Shown here: positions 1 through 12,245 of the stretch, one piece after another
Layout: each line of letters opens with the position of its first letter
Numbering within the stretch: the stretch's first letter is position 1
Assembly: GCA_951406725.2 (NCBI GenBank)
Contig: OX597832.1
Location: forward strand, 29,574,001 to 29,638,000
Source of the DNA: Octopus vulgaris
Taxonomy: Eukaryota
Direction: 5' to 3'
DNA length: 64,000 nt
Notes under the pieces: generated by a model
Database searches by the model: none
What the model was told of the DNA's origin: nothing
Seen by the model: the letters and a program-made list of their open reading frames with translations, nothing else
Made by a program: the position numbers and the translations under genes

Positions 1-143
1 CGAAAATATTAGAAACAGCAGCCAAAATTGATCACTATTTCCTCTACTAATAAAAAGTCTCCACAAACAAATAGAATTTGTGGAGACTTTTTATTAGTAG
101 AGGAAATAGTGATCAATTTTGGCTGCTGTTTCTAATATTTTCG
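1..143. repeat. Perfect inverted repeat (67-bp arms, 9-nt loop), followed by a short tail and (TA)n
   Basis: 1-67 is the exact reverse complement of 77-143; loop CAAATAGAA; the left arm may extend beyond the window start. Confidence 0.95.
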
Positions 144-182
144 GTATGTGGTTTTGAGCAACTTGTTGCAATTAACCTTAAT

Positions 183-243
<61 letters not shown>

Positions 244-250
<7 letters not shown>

Positions 251-483
251 CAAATAAGAAAATGGAGAGGATATAAAATTGATTTTATAAAATCGATTGT
301 TTATCCTCTCCATTTTCTTATTTGCCTTATAAATCCTGGGTAAATTTCCAATTTACCTCCACCTATACCTAACGATATTACCATGCAATAGTAAGCACTG
401 GGTTTAAAATACGCAGGTACACATCCTGTAGTATATTGAATATTTAATGTCCCTTGGAGGGTTTCTTAACCTCTAACTCATAC
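244..483 (+). mobile_element. Foldback cassette in (TA)n (30-bp inverted repeat + ~150-bp tail); putative Penelope-like pLTR remnant
   Basis: 244-273 is the reverse complement of 302-331; the tail 332-483 recurs at 13343-13506; both flanks are TA-rich microsatellite. Confidence 0.6.
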
Positions 484-487
484 ATAC

Positions 488-626
<139 letters not shown>

Positions 627-707
627 GGTCCCGGGTTGATTCGGGGTTAACCACAGTAAATAAGGTACTCAATACATAGCAGAGTAAAATTAATTTATTA
701 TATAGAA

Positions 708-761
708 GGAGCTTCTACAGGACTAGAACTGTTTCATTCAAGAGAAATCTTCAGGAAGCTC
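708..761 (-). ncRNA. Type I hammerhead ribozyme (inverted copy)
   Basis: Exact reverse complement of 764-817. Confidence 0.85.
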
Positions 762-762
762 A

Positions 763-817
763 GGAGCTTCCTGAAGATTTCTCTTGAATGAAACAGTTCT
801 AGTCCTGTAGAAGCTCC
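763..817 (+). ncRNA. Type I hammerhead ribozyme
   Basis: Stem I GGAGCTTC/GAAGCTCC; core CTGAAGA (771-777); stem II TTC-tctt-GAA; GAAA (790-793); stem III ACAG/CTGT; cleavage triplet GTA (807-809). The only deviation is U-U at 10.1-11.1. Confidence 0.85.
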
Positions 818-826
818 TTCTATATA

Positions 827-877
<51 letters not shown>

Positions 878-1285
878 TATGCTTTATATAAAAGTAGTTA
901 AACACCAAAGTCAACAGAGACTTAGCATAAAACCATTATGTCTTCAAATGTGACATTCTTTTGGTTCTTTTCCAACCAATTTTTGGACCAGTTTTAATTT
1001 CAAAAAACAACAGAAGCCCACTCGAAACTTATCCACCGTTATGGTAATTACTAATGTAATTTTTATCCAACTATTTTTACATTTTTACTGATCTTTATTC
1101 AAAGTTATATTTGTATTTGCTCTCAATAAAAATATGTTTGAACTAACAACATTATTGATTACTTTCAACAACTGCGCAAATCATCTTGGATCAATACTAC
1201 ATACTCTCTCTCTATATATATATGATATACCATACGTAGGACTCTAAGTTTTATACTCATATATATATATATACATATACATATG

Positions 1286-1673
<388 letters not shown>

Positions 1674-2309
1674 GTAATTAAGATTCTGTTGAATTAGGTA
1701 CTTAAATTGACACACCTTGCTAGGTTGGTATAATGTGCACACCCAAACAGTATTAATTGACTATTAAATATGAAGTCTCCATGCTGGGGTGTTTGTACCT
1801 GATATACCTGCCATGTGTGCAGACTAAACATCCCAGCTAAGTAAAGATATCCATTCTTGGTAATTCAGACCTGTACCTTTTATAAAGGTACTTTCTATAG
1901 TATTCCCAAAGTGCAGATTCCAAGTTAGGTGAGTAAAATATAAATGAGTGACAGAAATGTACAAGTGACTCCTTTAATTGATTAATTAAAACATTGCATC
2001 ATTTGAAAGAAACCGTTCTCATTAGATGACTGCATAAATTTCAAACATAAAAGATGCAACCATTTCTTTAACATTTTCACATCAATAATGGAACTCAAAC
2101 TATTTACATTGTTTACTTTGTTATATCCGTGGCAGAATCTGCCACAGACATGACAAAAATTCTGCCACAGATACGACAAAAGAAAACAATATAAGTATAT
2201 TGAGTTTCATTACTTGTGCACCTGTGTACAAGCAATGTTGTTGATTGGATGGAGGGAGCAACAGGTAAGGTACAGCACAAACACTTGATCACTATAAACA
2301 AATTATAAT

Positions 2310-2648
2310 AATATAATGAAGTTATTGTATACAGTGCTCAGGTGCGCTACAACTTGTCAAAAGTGCATATAAAGTGTATGCAGTAATGTACAAATGTCTG
2401 GGAAATGAACAATGCATGAGTCAGATACATGCTTGCATGTGTATGGAGGGGAGAAAATCAGGTGTAGTGTTGGCGAATCTCAGGAAGCATGGAAGTTTTG
2501 AAGGATGCAGTGCTCCGACAACTAACAACTGATGCCGGCAGTTTGTTCCATGCTTCAGCAAATCTTAGCGTGAAAAAATGTTTCTGAAAGTCATGGGAGC
2601 TGTGCTGTTTTCTGACTTTGTAAACATGGCCACGGGTGTTAGACAGGT
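2310..2648 (-). mobile_element. CR1-type LINE 3' end (ORF2 C-terminus + 3'UTR)
   Basis: ORF 2458..2790 contains TRGH..K..KQ....D..KHFFTLR..EAWNKLPASVV...STASFK, the typical CR1 C-terminal motif. Confidence 0.8.
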
Positions 2649-3005
2649 TGCTCAACAAGAAATTATAGAACTGTCTATGACAAGGAGTCCATGATTGATT
2701 GGTTGATTGACTGCTGACTGGCTGGCTGGATATATGGATGGATGGATGGATTTTAGGGGATTCTCTCATTGATTTTAATATGGGGTTCACTAGCCAGTTG
2801 TTAGACTACTCACGTAGACGATTTATTTTCCATGTTGAAGGTTCGTGCATGATCAGCCACATTTCTCAGAAATGCTGATAACAGAAGCTTGGTGCAAGGG
2901 TGTGTGTTATCAGTTCTCACTGAACAACATATCTCAGGTTTTCCTGCCAAAGTTCTCTGTCACCTGAATGCACACCTGAAATCTCTAAAGTCCTCATGCA
3001 CATGC

Positions 3006-3051
<46 letters not shown>

Positions 3052-3360
3052 AAACATTTCCCCATAGCCAGGCTTGTTTTTCATGGAAGAGCAGAAATAA
3101 CTTCGCTTGGAGGAGGATTTACAAGCTTACAAGGGTTTACAAGTGATGTCTAGACAGGTGTATACACACGCATATGATGGGCTTCTTTCAGTTTCCATCC
3201 ACTCACAAGTCTTTGGTCAGTCTGTAGCTGTAGTTGCCTCATAGTGGGACTGTGCCCAGGATCATATGGTTGTGAACTAAGCTCCTTAACCACACAACCA
3301 TGTCTACACCAATAAACATGATATTTACCACAGCCCTTTGTTATTTTTGCCATATATACT

Positions 3361-3969
3361 TTAATCCTCTCGCCTTTAAACTGGCCAGATATGGCCAGTT
3401 TTGTGTTCAAACCTACTAGGTCTAGCCTCTCACATCTACCCAACAATATCATCACTATCCTCGTCATCCTTTGGCGTCTGCTTTCCATGCTGGTATGGGT
3501 TGGACAATTTGTCTGAAGACTGGCAAACCAGATTGCTGCGCCAGGCTCCAGTCTGATCTGGCAGAGTTTCTACGGCTGGATGCCCTTCCTAGCGCCAACC
3601 ACTCCGGGAGTGTAGTGGGTGCTTTTGCATGCCACCTGCACGAGGGCCAGTCTGGTGGTACTGGCAATGTCCACGCTCGAAATGGTGTTTTTTACGTGCC
3701 ACCTGTACGGGAGTCAGTCCAGTGGTACTGGCAGCGACCTCGCTTGAATGTTTTGTTTACGTGCCACTGGCACAAGTGCCAGTAAGGCAACACTGGTAAC
3801 GATCATGCTCAAATGGTGCTTTTTACGTGCCCACTACCACAGAAGTATTCTAAAAATATACAATCACATCATTGAAATCTTGAAGCGATGAGATATTGCA
3901 TGATTAATGCAAAGCAATGTGAATAAATAAGCATTTCATTTGACAATAATCTGAGTGCTAAATGGTTAA
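3361..3969. mobile_element. piggyBac-like MITE (TTAA-flanked), interrupted by an RTE 3' fragment
   Basis: TTAA at 3361-3364 and 3966-3969 with degenerate TIRs (TCCTCTCGCCTT / GAGTGCTAAATGG); the right half recurs at about 26083-26190. Confidence 0.5.
3450..3843 (-). mobile_element. RTE-type LINE 3'UTR fragment with (GAT)n tail
   Basis: Same sequence family as 5604-5848, 10040-10262, 10708-10912, 11538-11750, 12287-12488 and 55957-56170; related UTR sequence adjoins an RTE ORF at 61453-62295. Confidence 0.7.
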
Positions 3970-4480
3970 TTCAAGATCAAGTGTTTTATGATGATTTTTC
4001 ATGCTGAAGCAGAGGTTAGCATCGCAGGGCCCTATGACAATCTTCAGCATTTTGCCATATCTTCTATACTCCATCCTCATCAATTATTATGTCTTAATTT
4101 TCTCCTTCATCATGTTCTGACATGTCTTTCTCAATCCTCTCCATCTTCTACTTAATTTCATATTCATGTGCATCACTCTTCTCAGCCAATCTCCTTTGTC
4201 CTTCTTCAGCAATTAAGTTCAAAAGACACAAGGCCAGCGATTCAGAGGGGAGTGGGTAAGCCAATTAAATCAATTCCAGTACTTGGTTGGTACTGCATTG
4301 TATCAAGCCTGGAAGGACGAAAGGCAAAGTTGCCCTCAGCAAGATTTGAACACAGCATATAAAGAGCCAAAACAAATAATGCAAGGCATTTTTTCTGGTA
4401 CCATTTTTGTAGTAGTAGTGGTAGTAGAGGATGTGGTGGTGGTGGTGATTACAGCAGCAACAACTATTAATATTATTAAT

Positions 4481-4665
4481 GGCGCAGGAGTGGCTGTGTG
4501 GTAAGTAGCTTGTTTACCAACCACATGGTTCCGGGTTCAGTCCCACTGCGTGGCACCTTGGGCAAGTGTCTTCTACTATAGCCTCAGGCCGACCAAAGCC
4601 TTGTGAGTGGATTTGGTAGACGAAAACTGAAAGAAGCCCGTCGTATATATGTATATATATATATA
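4481..4665 (+). mobile_element. SINE family B (tRNA-derived), 5' half
   Basis: A-box-like TGGCTGTGTGG and B-box-like GGTTCAGTCCC; matches 47429-47862 and 52381-52758. Confidence 0.85.
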
Positions 4666-4971
4666 TAAGATAAGAAATCTTTGAACTTTAATTCATCCGT
4701 ATCTCTATTTATTATTATTATCTATTAATTATTATTATTCTGATCCCCCTAGTCGCCACTCTGTTTACTATTTCAGCCTCGCCTCGTTTTTGCATATTCT
4801 GTATAATTCACTAGTTATCGTTATAGATATTAAGATCTATCTCCCTTACAGGGCTGATTAGAAATTGGCTGCCGATTCTTCGCGGCGCGCCCGCCCTACC
4901 CACCCCCACCACCAATACCGGATATCTCTATATTTGCTCCAACTATACCGGATGTCGTTTCTCCCACCACC

Positions 4972-5604
4972 ATTATAGGTGTCTACTCTTTGAACCCCCT
5001 CTTCAATACGCTATTTCACCATGCATTACCCCTCTCTCGATATCCTACGTTCTACTTGCCTAGAACCTGTCCTTTGAACCCCCCCCCACTGGTGCTCCCC
5101 TATATTTCTACACCCCCCCACCACCATTATAGGTGTCTACTCTTTGAACCCCCTCTTCAATACGCTATTCACCATTCATTTCCCCTCTCTCGATATCCTA
5201 CGTTCTACTTGCCTAGAACCTGTCCTCTGAACCACCCCTCCCACTGGTGCTCACCCCTCCCACTGGTGCCCCCCTATATTTCTGCACCCCCCCCCATTAT
5301 AGGTGTCTACTCTTTGAACCCCCTCTTCAATACGCTATTTCACCATGCATTACCCCTCTCTCGATATCCTACGTTCTACTTGCCTAGAACCTGTCCCCTG
5401 AACCACCCCTCCCACTGGTGCTCCCCTATATTTCTGCACCCCCCACCACCATTATAGGTGTCTACTCTTTGAACCCCCCTCTTCAATACGCTATTTCACC
5501 ATGCATTACCCCTCTCTCGATATCCTACGTTCTACTTGCCTAGTACCTGTCCTCTGAACCACCCCTCCCACTGGTGCTCCCCTATATTTCTGCACCCCCC
5601 CCAT
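4972..5604. repeat. Tandem repeat, ~155-bp unit x4
   Basis: Units start ATTATAGGTGTCTACTC at 4972, 5126, 5296 and 5451. Confidence 0.95.
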
Positions 5605-5844
5605 AAAAAGCACCATCCGAACGTGGCCGATGCCAGACCCCTCTGGCACCTGTGCAGGTGGCACGTAAAAACACCCACTACACTCGCGGAGTGGTTGGCG
5701 TTAGGAAGGGCATCCAGCTGTAGAAACACTGCCAGACTAGACTGGAGCCTGGGGCAGTCCCGAGCTCCCCAGACCCCGGTCGAAACCGTCCAACCCGTGC
5801 TAGCGCGGAAAACGGACGTTAAACGATGATGATGATGATGATGA

Positions 5845-5848
<4 letters not shown>
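5604..5848 (+). mobile_element. RTE-type LINE 3'UTR with (GAT)n tail
   Basis: Ends ...CGGACGTTAAAC(GAT)n; reverse complement of the family at 3450-3843. Confidence 0.75.
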
Positions 5849-5897
<49 letters not shown>

Positions 5898-6248
5898 CTC
5901 TTTTCTCTTTTACTCTTTTACTTGTTTCAGTCATTTGACTGCGGCCATGCTGGAGCACTGCCTTTAGTCGAGCAAATCGACTCCAGGACTTATTCTTTGT
6001 AAGCCTAGTACTTATTCTATCAGTCTCTTTTGTCAAACTGCTAAGTTACGGGGACATAAACACACCAGCATCGGTTGTCAAGTGATTTTTTTGAGGCGGG
6101 GGGGGGGCAAACACAGACACACAAACACATACAAACACACATACATATATACATATACATATATACGATGGGCTTCTTTCAGTTTCCGTCTACCAAATCC
6201 ACTCACAAGGCTTTGGTTGGCCCGAGGCTATAATGGAAGACACTTGCC
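5898..6248 (-). mobile_element. SINE family B, 5'-truncated
   Basis: Matches 47429-47780, including the internal CA/TA microsatellite. Confidence 0.85.
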
Positions 6249-6467
6249 GAAGCTTTTTGATTGTTCTTCCCTTTAAGAAAACCGAAGAATTCAGTTCTAC
6301 AATGAAAATGTCTTCTCCATAATCAGTGAATGTTTGCTTTTAGGTTCATTATCGTGTTTTGTAACCAACTTTCCACCCCATTATTATTATATTTCTACCC
6401 CTTTATTACCAACTTTCTACCCTGTTTTTGCACGTTTTTTCCATGACATACAGAGCAGAAATCTAGT

Positions 6468-6813
6468 GTTGTTGTTGTTGTTGTTGTGGTGGTGGTGGTG
6501 GTGGTGGTGGTGGTGATGATGGTGGTGGTGGTGTTGGTGGTTGTGGTGGTGGTGGTGGTATTGGTGGTAGTATTGGTGGTGGTTGTGGTGGTGGTGGTGG
6601 TGTTAGTGTTGGTGTTGATGGTGGTGTTGGTGGTGGTGGTGGTGGTGGTGGTGTTGATGGTGGTGGTGGTGGTGGTGGTGGTGGTGTTGGTGGTGTGGTA
6701 TTGGTGGTGGTGTTGGTGGTGGTGGTGTTGATGGTGGTGTTGGTGGTGGTGGTGGTGTTGGTGGTGGTGTTGGTGGTGGTGTTGGTGGTGGTGGTGGTGG
6801 TGGTGGTGGTGGT
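6468..6813. repeat. (GGT/GTT)n microsatellite
   Basis: Direct inspection. Confidence 0.95.
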
Positions 6814-7257
6814 AGGCGCGAAAAACAAGATGGGAGAAGCAGGGGGTGGGGAGTTTAGGGTTGGTTTGTTTTTGATTTTATTGCCAATATCTATCAGATA
6901 TCGATTATGAAGTGCAAGTGGCAGGGGTGGGGGTGGGGAGTCTAACCTTGATTTGGTGAACTTTCTATAAAATATTTCGCTAGAATTGATCAGAAATAGA
7001 TAAATGGGGGCTGAAATAACATTTCTGCTCCCTTACTCAGCGACTGCAGACATTCTTCCCTGTTGATTGCAGAGAAAGAATTACCAAATATTCCACGTGG
7101 AAGATATCAGTAAATTACATAGATTTTGGGGTTGGTTAGTCAGAGTCTTAGAGTCTTGGAGTGTTTGGAAGTATTTTCTTGAAAGATTTTAATGGGATGG
7201 TGGAGGGGAGGGACAAGTGAAGTGAGAGGGGTTAGTATTGGAGATAAGTTTAACTAA

Positions 7258-7300
<43 letters not shown>

Positions 7301-8049
7301 TATGCAGTGTTGGGTAAGGATCCAGAGAAGTGCTCAATACGAATGTTGAGTGTAGTAGTTTGGTGGTGGTGGTAGTAGTTGTAACTTATTTGCTGGTCAG
7401 CCCTGATTGAGCAGACAGAATATCAAAGACGTCCCAACAAGCACCTTACAGTCTTCTAACATCCCAAGGATCACAGGCAGGGTCCAGTACTGTGGATGGA
7501 TTCCATCCATTTGACCGCTGCACTCTGGACCATGGATACCTTCCATAGGGACCAATTTTCTGGCAGGTATTCCGATCTGGTCAGCAGTTTGAGGACAACT
7601 CCCCCACCCTAGCCCTCCACCGGTGATGGAGGGCCCCGAGTAAATAATGTAGGGGATGGTGCGAGAAGCACGGTTCTGACCTGTAGAAAGGCGTAAATAT
7701 CACGGTATCCAATGTCAACAAGTCTTTGAAACTATGGCTACGCGAGATAAATAAAGAAAAAAAATTCTATTTAAGAAAAGAAAAAAAACCCAGCAAAAAG
7801 TAAGAAACATAAAACAGAAAATATTTTAAAATGTGAACAACAATTCAGTTTGTTTTTTTGTTTTGTTTGGTATTTTTTGTTGTTGTATTAGCAGCTTATT
7901 ATAGAAGTGGTTGGAGGTGAGATTGGGAGGTGAAGTGTAGACAATTGATTATTGTTATTTAGAGGCTTTGATAACAATGAGGATATTGTGACGGAGATTG
8001 GCGGAAACCAAGAGAAAGTGCAACACTCGAGAACCAATTGGCAACAGAG

Positions 8050-8432
8050 GAAGCAAGAGAGAGAGAGAGAGAGGGAGCAAGAGAGGGGGAGATGGAGGGA
8101 GGGAGGGAGAGAGGGAGAGAGAGGGGAGAGAGACAGAGAGAGAAAGAGAGAGAGAGAGAGCGTGAGAGAGAAAAAGTGAGAGAGAGAGTGAGGGAGAGAG
8201 AGAGAGAGAGTAAGGAGAGAAAGTGACAGAGAGAGAGAGAGAGTAAGTGAGAGAGAGAGTGAGAGAGAGAGAGCGAGAGGAGAAAGACAGAGAGAGAGCG
8301 AGGGGAGAAAGAGAGAGAGAGGGGAGAAAGCAACAGAGAGAGAGAGAGCGAGGGAGAAAGAGAGAAAGACAGAGAGAGAAAGACAGAGAGAGAGAGAGAC
8401 AGAGAGAGGAGAGTGTGAAGGAGTCGGGGAGG
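8050..8432. repeat. GA-rich polypurine tract
   Basis: Direct inspection. Confidence 0.95.
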
Positions 8433-8869
8433 GGAGCAGATAAACAGCTTTCTAAAATAACTCGTTAAGTCAACCAAACTACTTCTGATAACACATTTGC
8501 ATAGCAGATCAAACGCTGACACAGAATTTCAACTAATCAGTGATTCTTCCTACACTAATGGTCGGTTCATGAATGGCCTCCACTTATAAATATTGTCTGC
8601 GAGTGGAGAATATTATTATTAAAATAGTTTAATGAAAAATAACAACAACATTAACCAAAATACATTCTGCCTGTCTTCGCAATACGTTCCTGCATCACTC
8701 CACGCTATTTCCAGTTTCTTCCGTATTTTATAAATATCTCGCTTCATTAGTTTAACATGGCAAACTTATTTTATATACATTTGTAGCGTTAAACCATTCA
8801 TGTTGATTCCATCCTGTTTCTCTATCCCCACCCAGCAATAACTGCATTTTATGCTCCAATATATACCAG

Positions 8870-9266
8870 AAGGCAGCGAACTGGCAGAATCGTTACCACG
8901 CCAGGCGAAATGCGTAGCCGTATTTCGTCTGCCGTTACGTTCCGAGTTCAAATTCCGCCGAGGTCGACTTTGCCTTTCATCCTTTCGGGGGTCAATTAAA
9001 TAAGTACCAGTTATGCACTGGGGTCGATTTATTCGACTTAATCCCTTTGTCTGTCCTTGTTTGTCCTCTCTGTGTTTAGCCCCTTGTGGGTAGTAAAGAA
9101 ATAGGTATTTCGTCTGTCTTTGTGTTCTGAGTTCAAATTCTGCCGAGGTTGACTTAGCCTTTCATCCTTTCAGGATCGATAAATTAAGTACCAGTTACGC
9201 ACTTAATCCCTTTGTCTGTCCTTGTTTGTCCTCTTTGTGTTTAGCCCCTTGTGGGTAGCAAAGAAA
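8870..9266 (+). mobile_element. SINE family A (tRNA-derived), head-to-tail dimer
   Basis: Head GGCAGCGAACTGGCAGAATCG, B-box-like GAGTTCAAATTC, core GCCTTTCATCCTTTCGGGG; body restarts after the junction at 9098-9111. Confidence 0.85.
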
Positions 9267-9287
9267 TATATATATACCAGCATTGTG

Positions 9288-9502
9288 AGGCAACAAGCTG
9301 GCAGAATCGTTAGCAAGCAAGGAAATAACCTGTGGTCTGAGTTTGAATGCTTTGTGGTGTAAGTTCAAATTCTGCTAGGGCTGACATTGTCTTTTATCCT
9401 TATGGGGATCAATAAAATAAATACCAGTTGAATACTGAGGTCAATGTAATCAACTTACCCCCTTCCCTGAAATTACTAGCCCTGTGCCAAAATTTGAAAC
9501 CA
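9288..9502 (+). mobile_element. SINE family A, older variant with a different 3' tail
   Basis: Diverged head and core, tail ...GCCTGTGCCAAAATTTGAAACC; similar copies at 15448-15656(-), 30472-30683, 40008-40215 and 55030-55215(-). Confidence 0.7.
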
Positions 9503-9662
9503 TTATTATTATTATTAATGTTATTATTATTAATGTTATTATTATGGAGATGTACTTGCATAGCAAGTGACCTGATCTGAGATCGTGTGCTGGAACGAAA
9601 ACAATTTCAGCATGGAAGGTGTTTACAATCAATTTAAGAAACACACAAAATCCATTAGGTTC

Positions 9663-10031
9663 ACAGACAAAGGGATTAAGTTGATCACATTGACCCCAGT
9701 GTGTAACTGGTACTTATTTTATCGACCCCGTAAAGATGAAAGGTAAAGTCGACCTCAGTGCAAATAGAACTCAGAATGTAACAGCAGACGAAATACCTAT
9801 TTCTTTACTACCCACAAGGGGCTAAACACAGAGAGGACAAACAAGGACAGACAAACAGATTAAGTCAATTATATCGACCCCAGTGCGTAACTGGTACTTA
9901 ATTTATCGACCCCATGAAGATGAAAGGCAAAATCAACCTCGGCGGAATTTGAACTCAGAATGTAACAGCAGATGAAATACCGCTAAGCATTTCACCCGGC
10001 GTGCTAACGTGTCTGCCAGCTCGCCACCTTA
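9663..10031 (-). mobile_element. SINE family A, head-to-tail dimer
   Basis: Reverse complement of family A; junction at 9790-9803. Confidence 0.85.
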
Positions 10032-10347
10032 AACTCACTGGTTATTCCCAAGACTCGAGAGCATCTCTAGTACCTCACGACACAATAGAATACGCCCAGC
10101 ACACTTTGTAAATTGGTTGGTGACAGGAAGGGCATCCAGCTATGGAAAAAATGAGCCAGAATGAAACTTACTGACATCAGTTTATGAAGGAAGTGGCTCC
10201 CAATAAGAACTGACTTGGACTGGGATGATCTGTCTAACCCATGCCAGCATGGAAAGCTGATGGAAAAGGATGGAGTATGTGACTGCGTGTGTATCGTTGG
10301 CGATTTTTTCCACCGTCTTCCCTTCCTTGGATCTTTCTTTTTCCTAT

Positions 10348-10382
10348 ATTGCTGATAAAGAGCTCCGCTCGAAACATTAAAT
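10348..10382 (+). ncRNA. Degenerate minimal type I hammerhead motif within a ~220-bp pLTR-like repeat (10278-10497)
   Basis: CTGATAA-A-GAGC-tcc-GCTC-GAAA-CAT-T; G8>A and ACGT>ACAT suggest decay; same layout as 18146-18181. Confidence 0.55.
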
Positions 10383-10664
10383 CCTCCTTCTTTCTTTCCT
10401 TTCCTGGCCGTCTAATAACACTATACTTGTTCAACATCCTCGCGTTGTTGTGTTTTCTCTTTGTGCTTTCATGTTTGGATTAACTTTATATATCTATATA
10501 CACATACACACACACACACATGACGCATTTCCATCCAGTTTCCAGTTAGCGATTTCACTTGTAAGTGAGGGTTAGGGTTAGGCCCAGGGCTAAAATAGAA
10601 AACATTTTCTGAGAGTGTCACATTTTGAGATGGAATTGAAAGATGCATGGTTACAGGCTAGACT

Positions 10665-10704
<40 letters not shown>

Positions 10705-11865
10705 AAATCATCATCATCATCATCATCATTTAGCGTCCGTTTTCCATGCTGGCATGGGTTAGACACTTTGACAGTATGACTAGAACTGGTAAGTTGGAAT
10801 CTGGAGGGGTATACCAGGTTCCAATCTGATTTTGGTTTGGTTTCTATGGCTGGAAGCCCTTCCTAAGGCCAGCCACTCCAAGAGTGTTGTGGGTACCTTT
10901 TACATGTCACTTACAGACATACACACATACACATACATGTGTGTGGGTGTGTATTCCCATCCCCTACTCTTTCCTTTATCTCATCACCCTTCCCTCCTGA
11001 CTTCAACCCAAGTAATCCCACCTTTTTCTATTATACCCCTTCTCTATTCACCCACTGGCCCTTACCTTTGACCACCTCTACCATTGCCAATCCCTCTCCC
11101 CCCCCATATCCCTGCCTTTTTTCCATCCTCCCCTCCATTTTAGCCCTTCCAATGTTCTTCCTCTTCTTTCTCTCCAGCCCCTTTTCTTGTTTCCCCTGAA
11201 CTAATATACCCGTGTCACTTCCCTACGCTTATACTTATATCTTTATCAATTCACCTCCCAAATACCCGTTTCTGGCCCTTCTATCACCATTGTTCCCCTC
11301 TCCAAATTTATATTTACTGTGTATAAGGCCCCTTCCATCAGCCATTCATACAGTAAAGTATCTTGCTAAGGACTACTCAGTCTTTCTATTGTTGGTTCCA
11401 TGAGAAAATACATCCAGCAGAATGCGTAAAGTGTTTAGCCACGGGCATGACATCAAGCCACACTGACCAAGCCAAATGGTACACAAGGACCTCGTTTTTA
11501 GCAGCAGTAGTTTCCGAAACAGTAGGATGTCACTATATATCATCATCATCATTTAACGTCCATTTTCCATGCTAGCATGGGTTGGATGATTTGTCTGAGG
11601 GCTGGCAAACCAGATGGCCGCACCAGACTCCAATCTAATCTGGCAGAGTTTCTACAACTGGATGCCCTTCCTAATGCCAACCACTCTGAAAGTGTAGTGG
11701 GTGCTTTTTATGTGCCACCGGCACGAGGGCCAGTCAGGTGGTACTGGCAAAATATTTCTATAATAAATATATCTGTCCATCCCACCCAACACATTAAGTT
11801 CCATATTAGATCATGTTTGCATTATTTAAAATACATTTTTGTATACTTTACAACACTCACATTAC

Positions 11866-11912
11866 AATACATACATACATACATACACACATACACACAC
11901 ACACACACACAT

Positions 11913-11971
<59 letters not shown>

Positions 11972-11972
11972 T

Positions 11973-12005
<33 letters not shown>

Positions 12006-12006
12006 T

Positions 12007-12039
<33 letters not shown>

Positions 12040-12132
12040 TACATACATACATACATACATACACACATACATACATACATACATACACACATACACACAT
12101 ACATACATACATACATACACACATACACACAT

Positions 12133-12163
<31 letters not shown>

Positions 12164-12245
12164 TACATACATGCATACATACATACATACATACACACAC
12201 ACATACATACATACATACATACATACATACATGCATGTATGCATA
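11866..12245. repeat. (CATA)n/(CA)n compound microsatellite
   Basis: Direct inspection. Confidence 0.95.

Noticed and set aside
1783-1837. GCTGGGGTGTTT/AAACATCCCAGC stem enclosing CTGATA as a type III hammerhead
   Set aside because: Core lacks G8 and GAAA; better explained as a short degenerate inverted repeat.
4481-4560. tRNA genes at the SINE heads (also 15707 and 41520-41594)
   Set aside because: A/B boxes are present but there is no complete cloverleaf, and each continues into a multi-copy SINE body.
6463-6910. Proline-rich extensin/formin-like ORF
   Set aside because: (GGT)n microsatellite translation.
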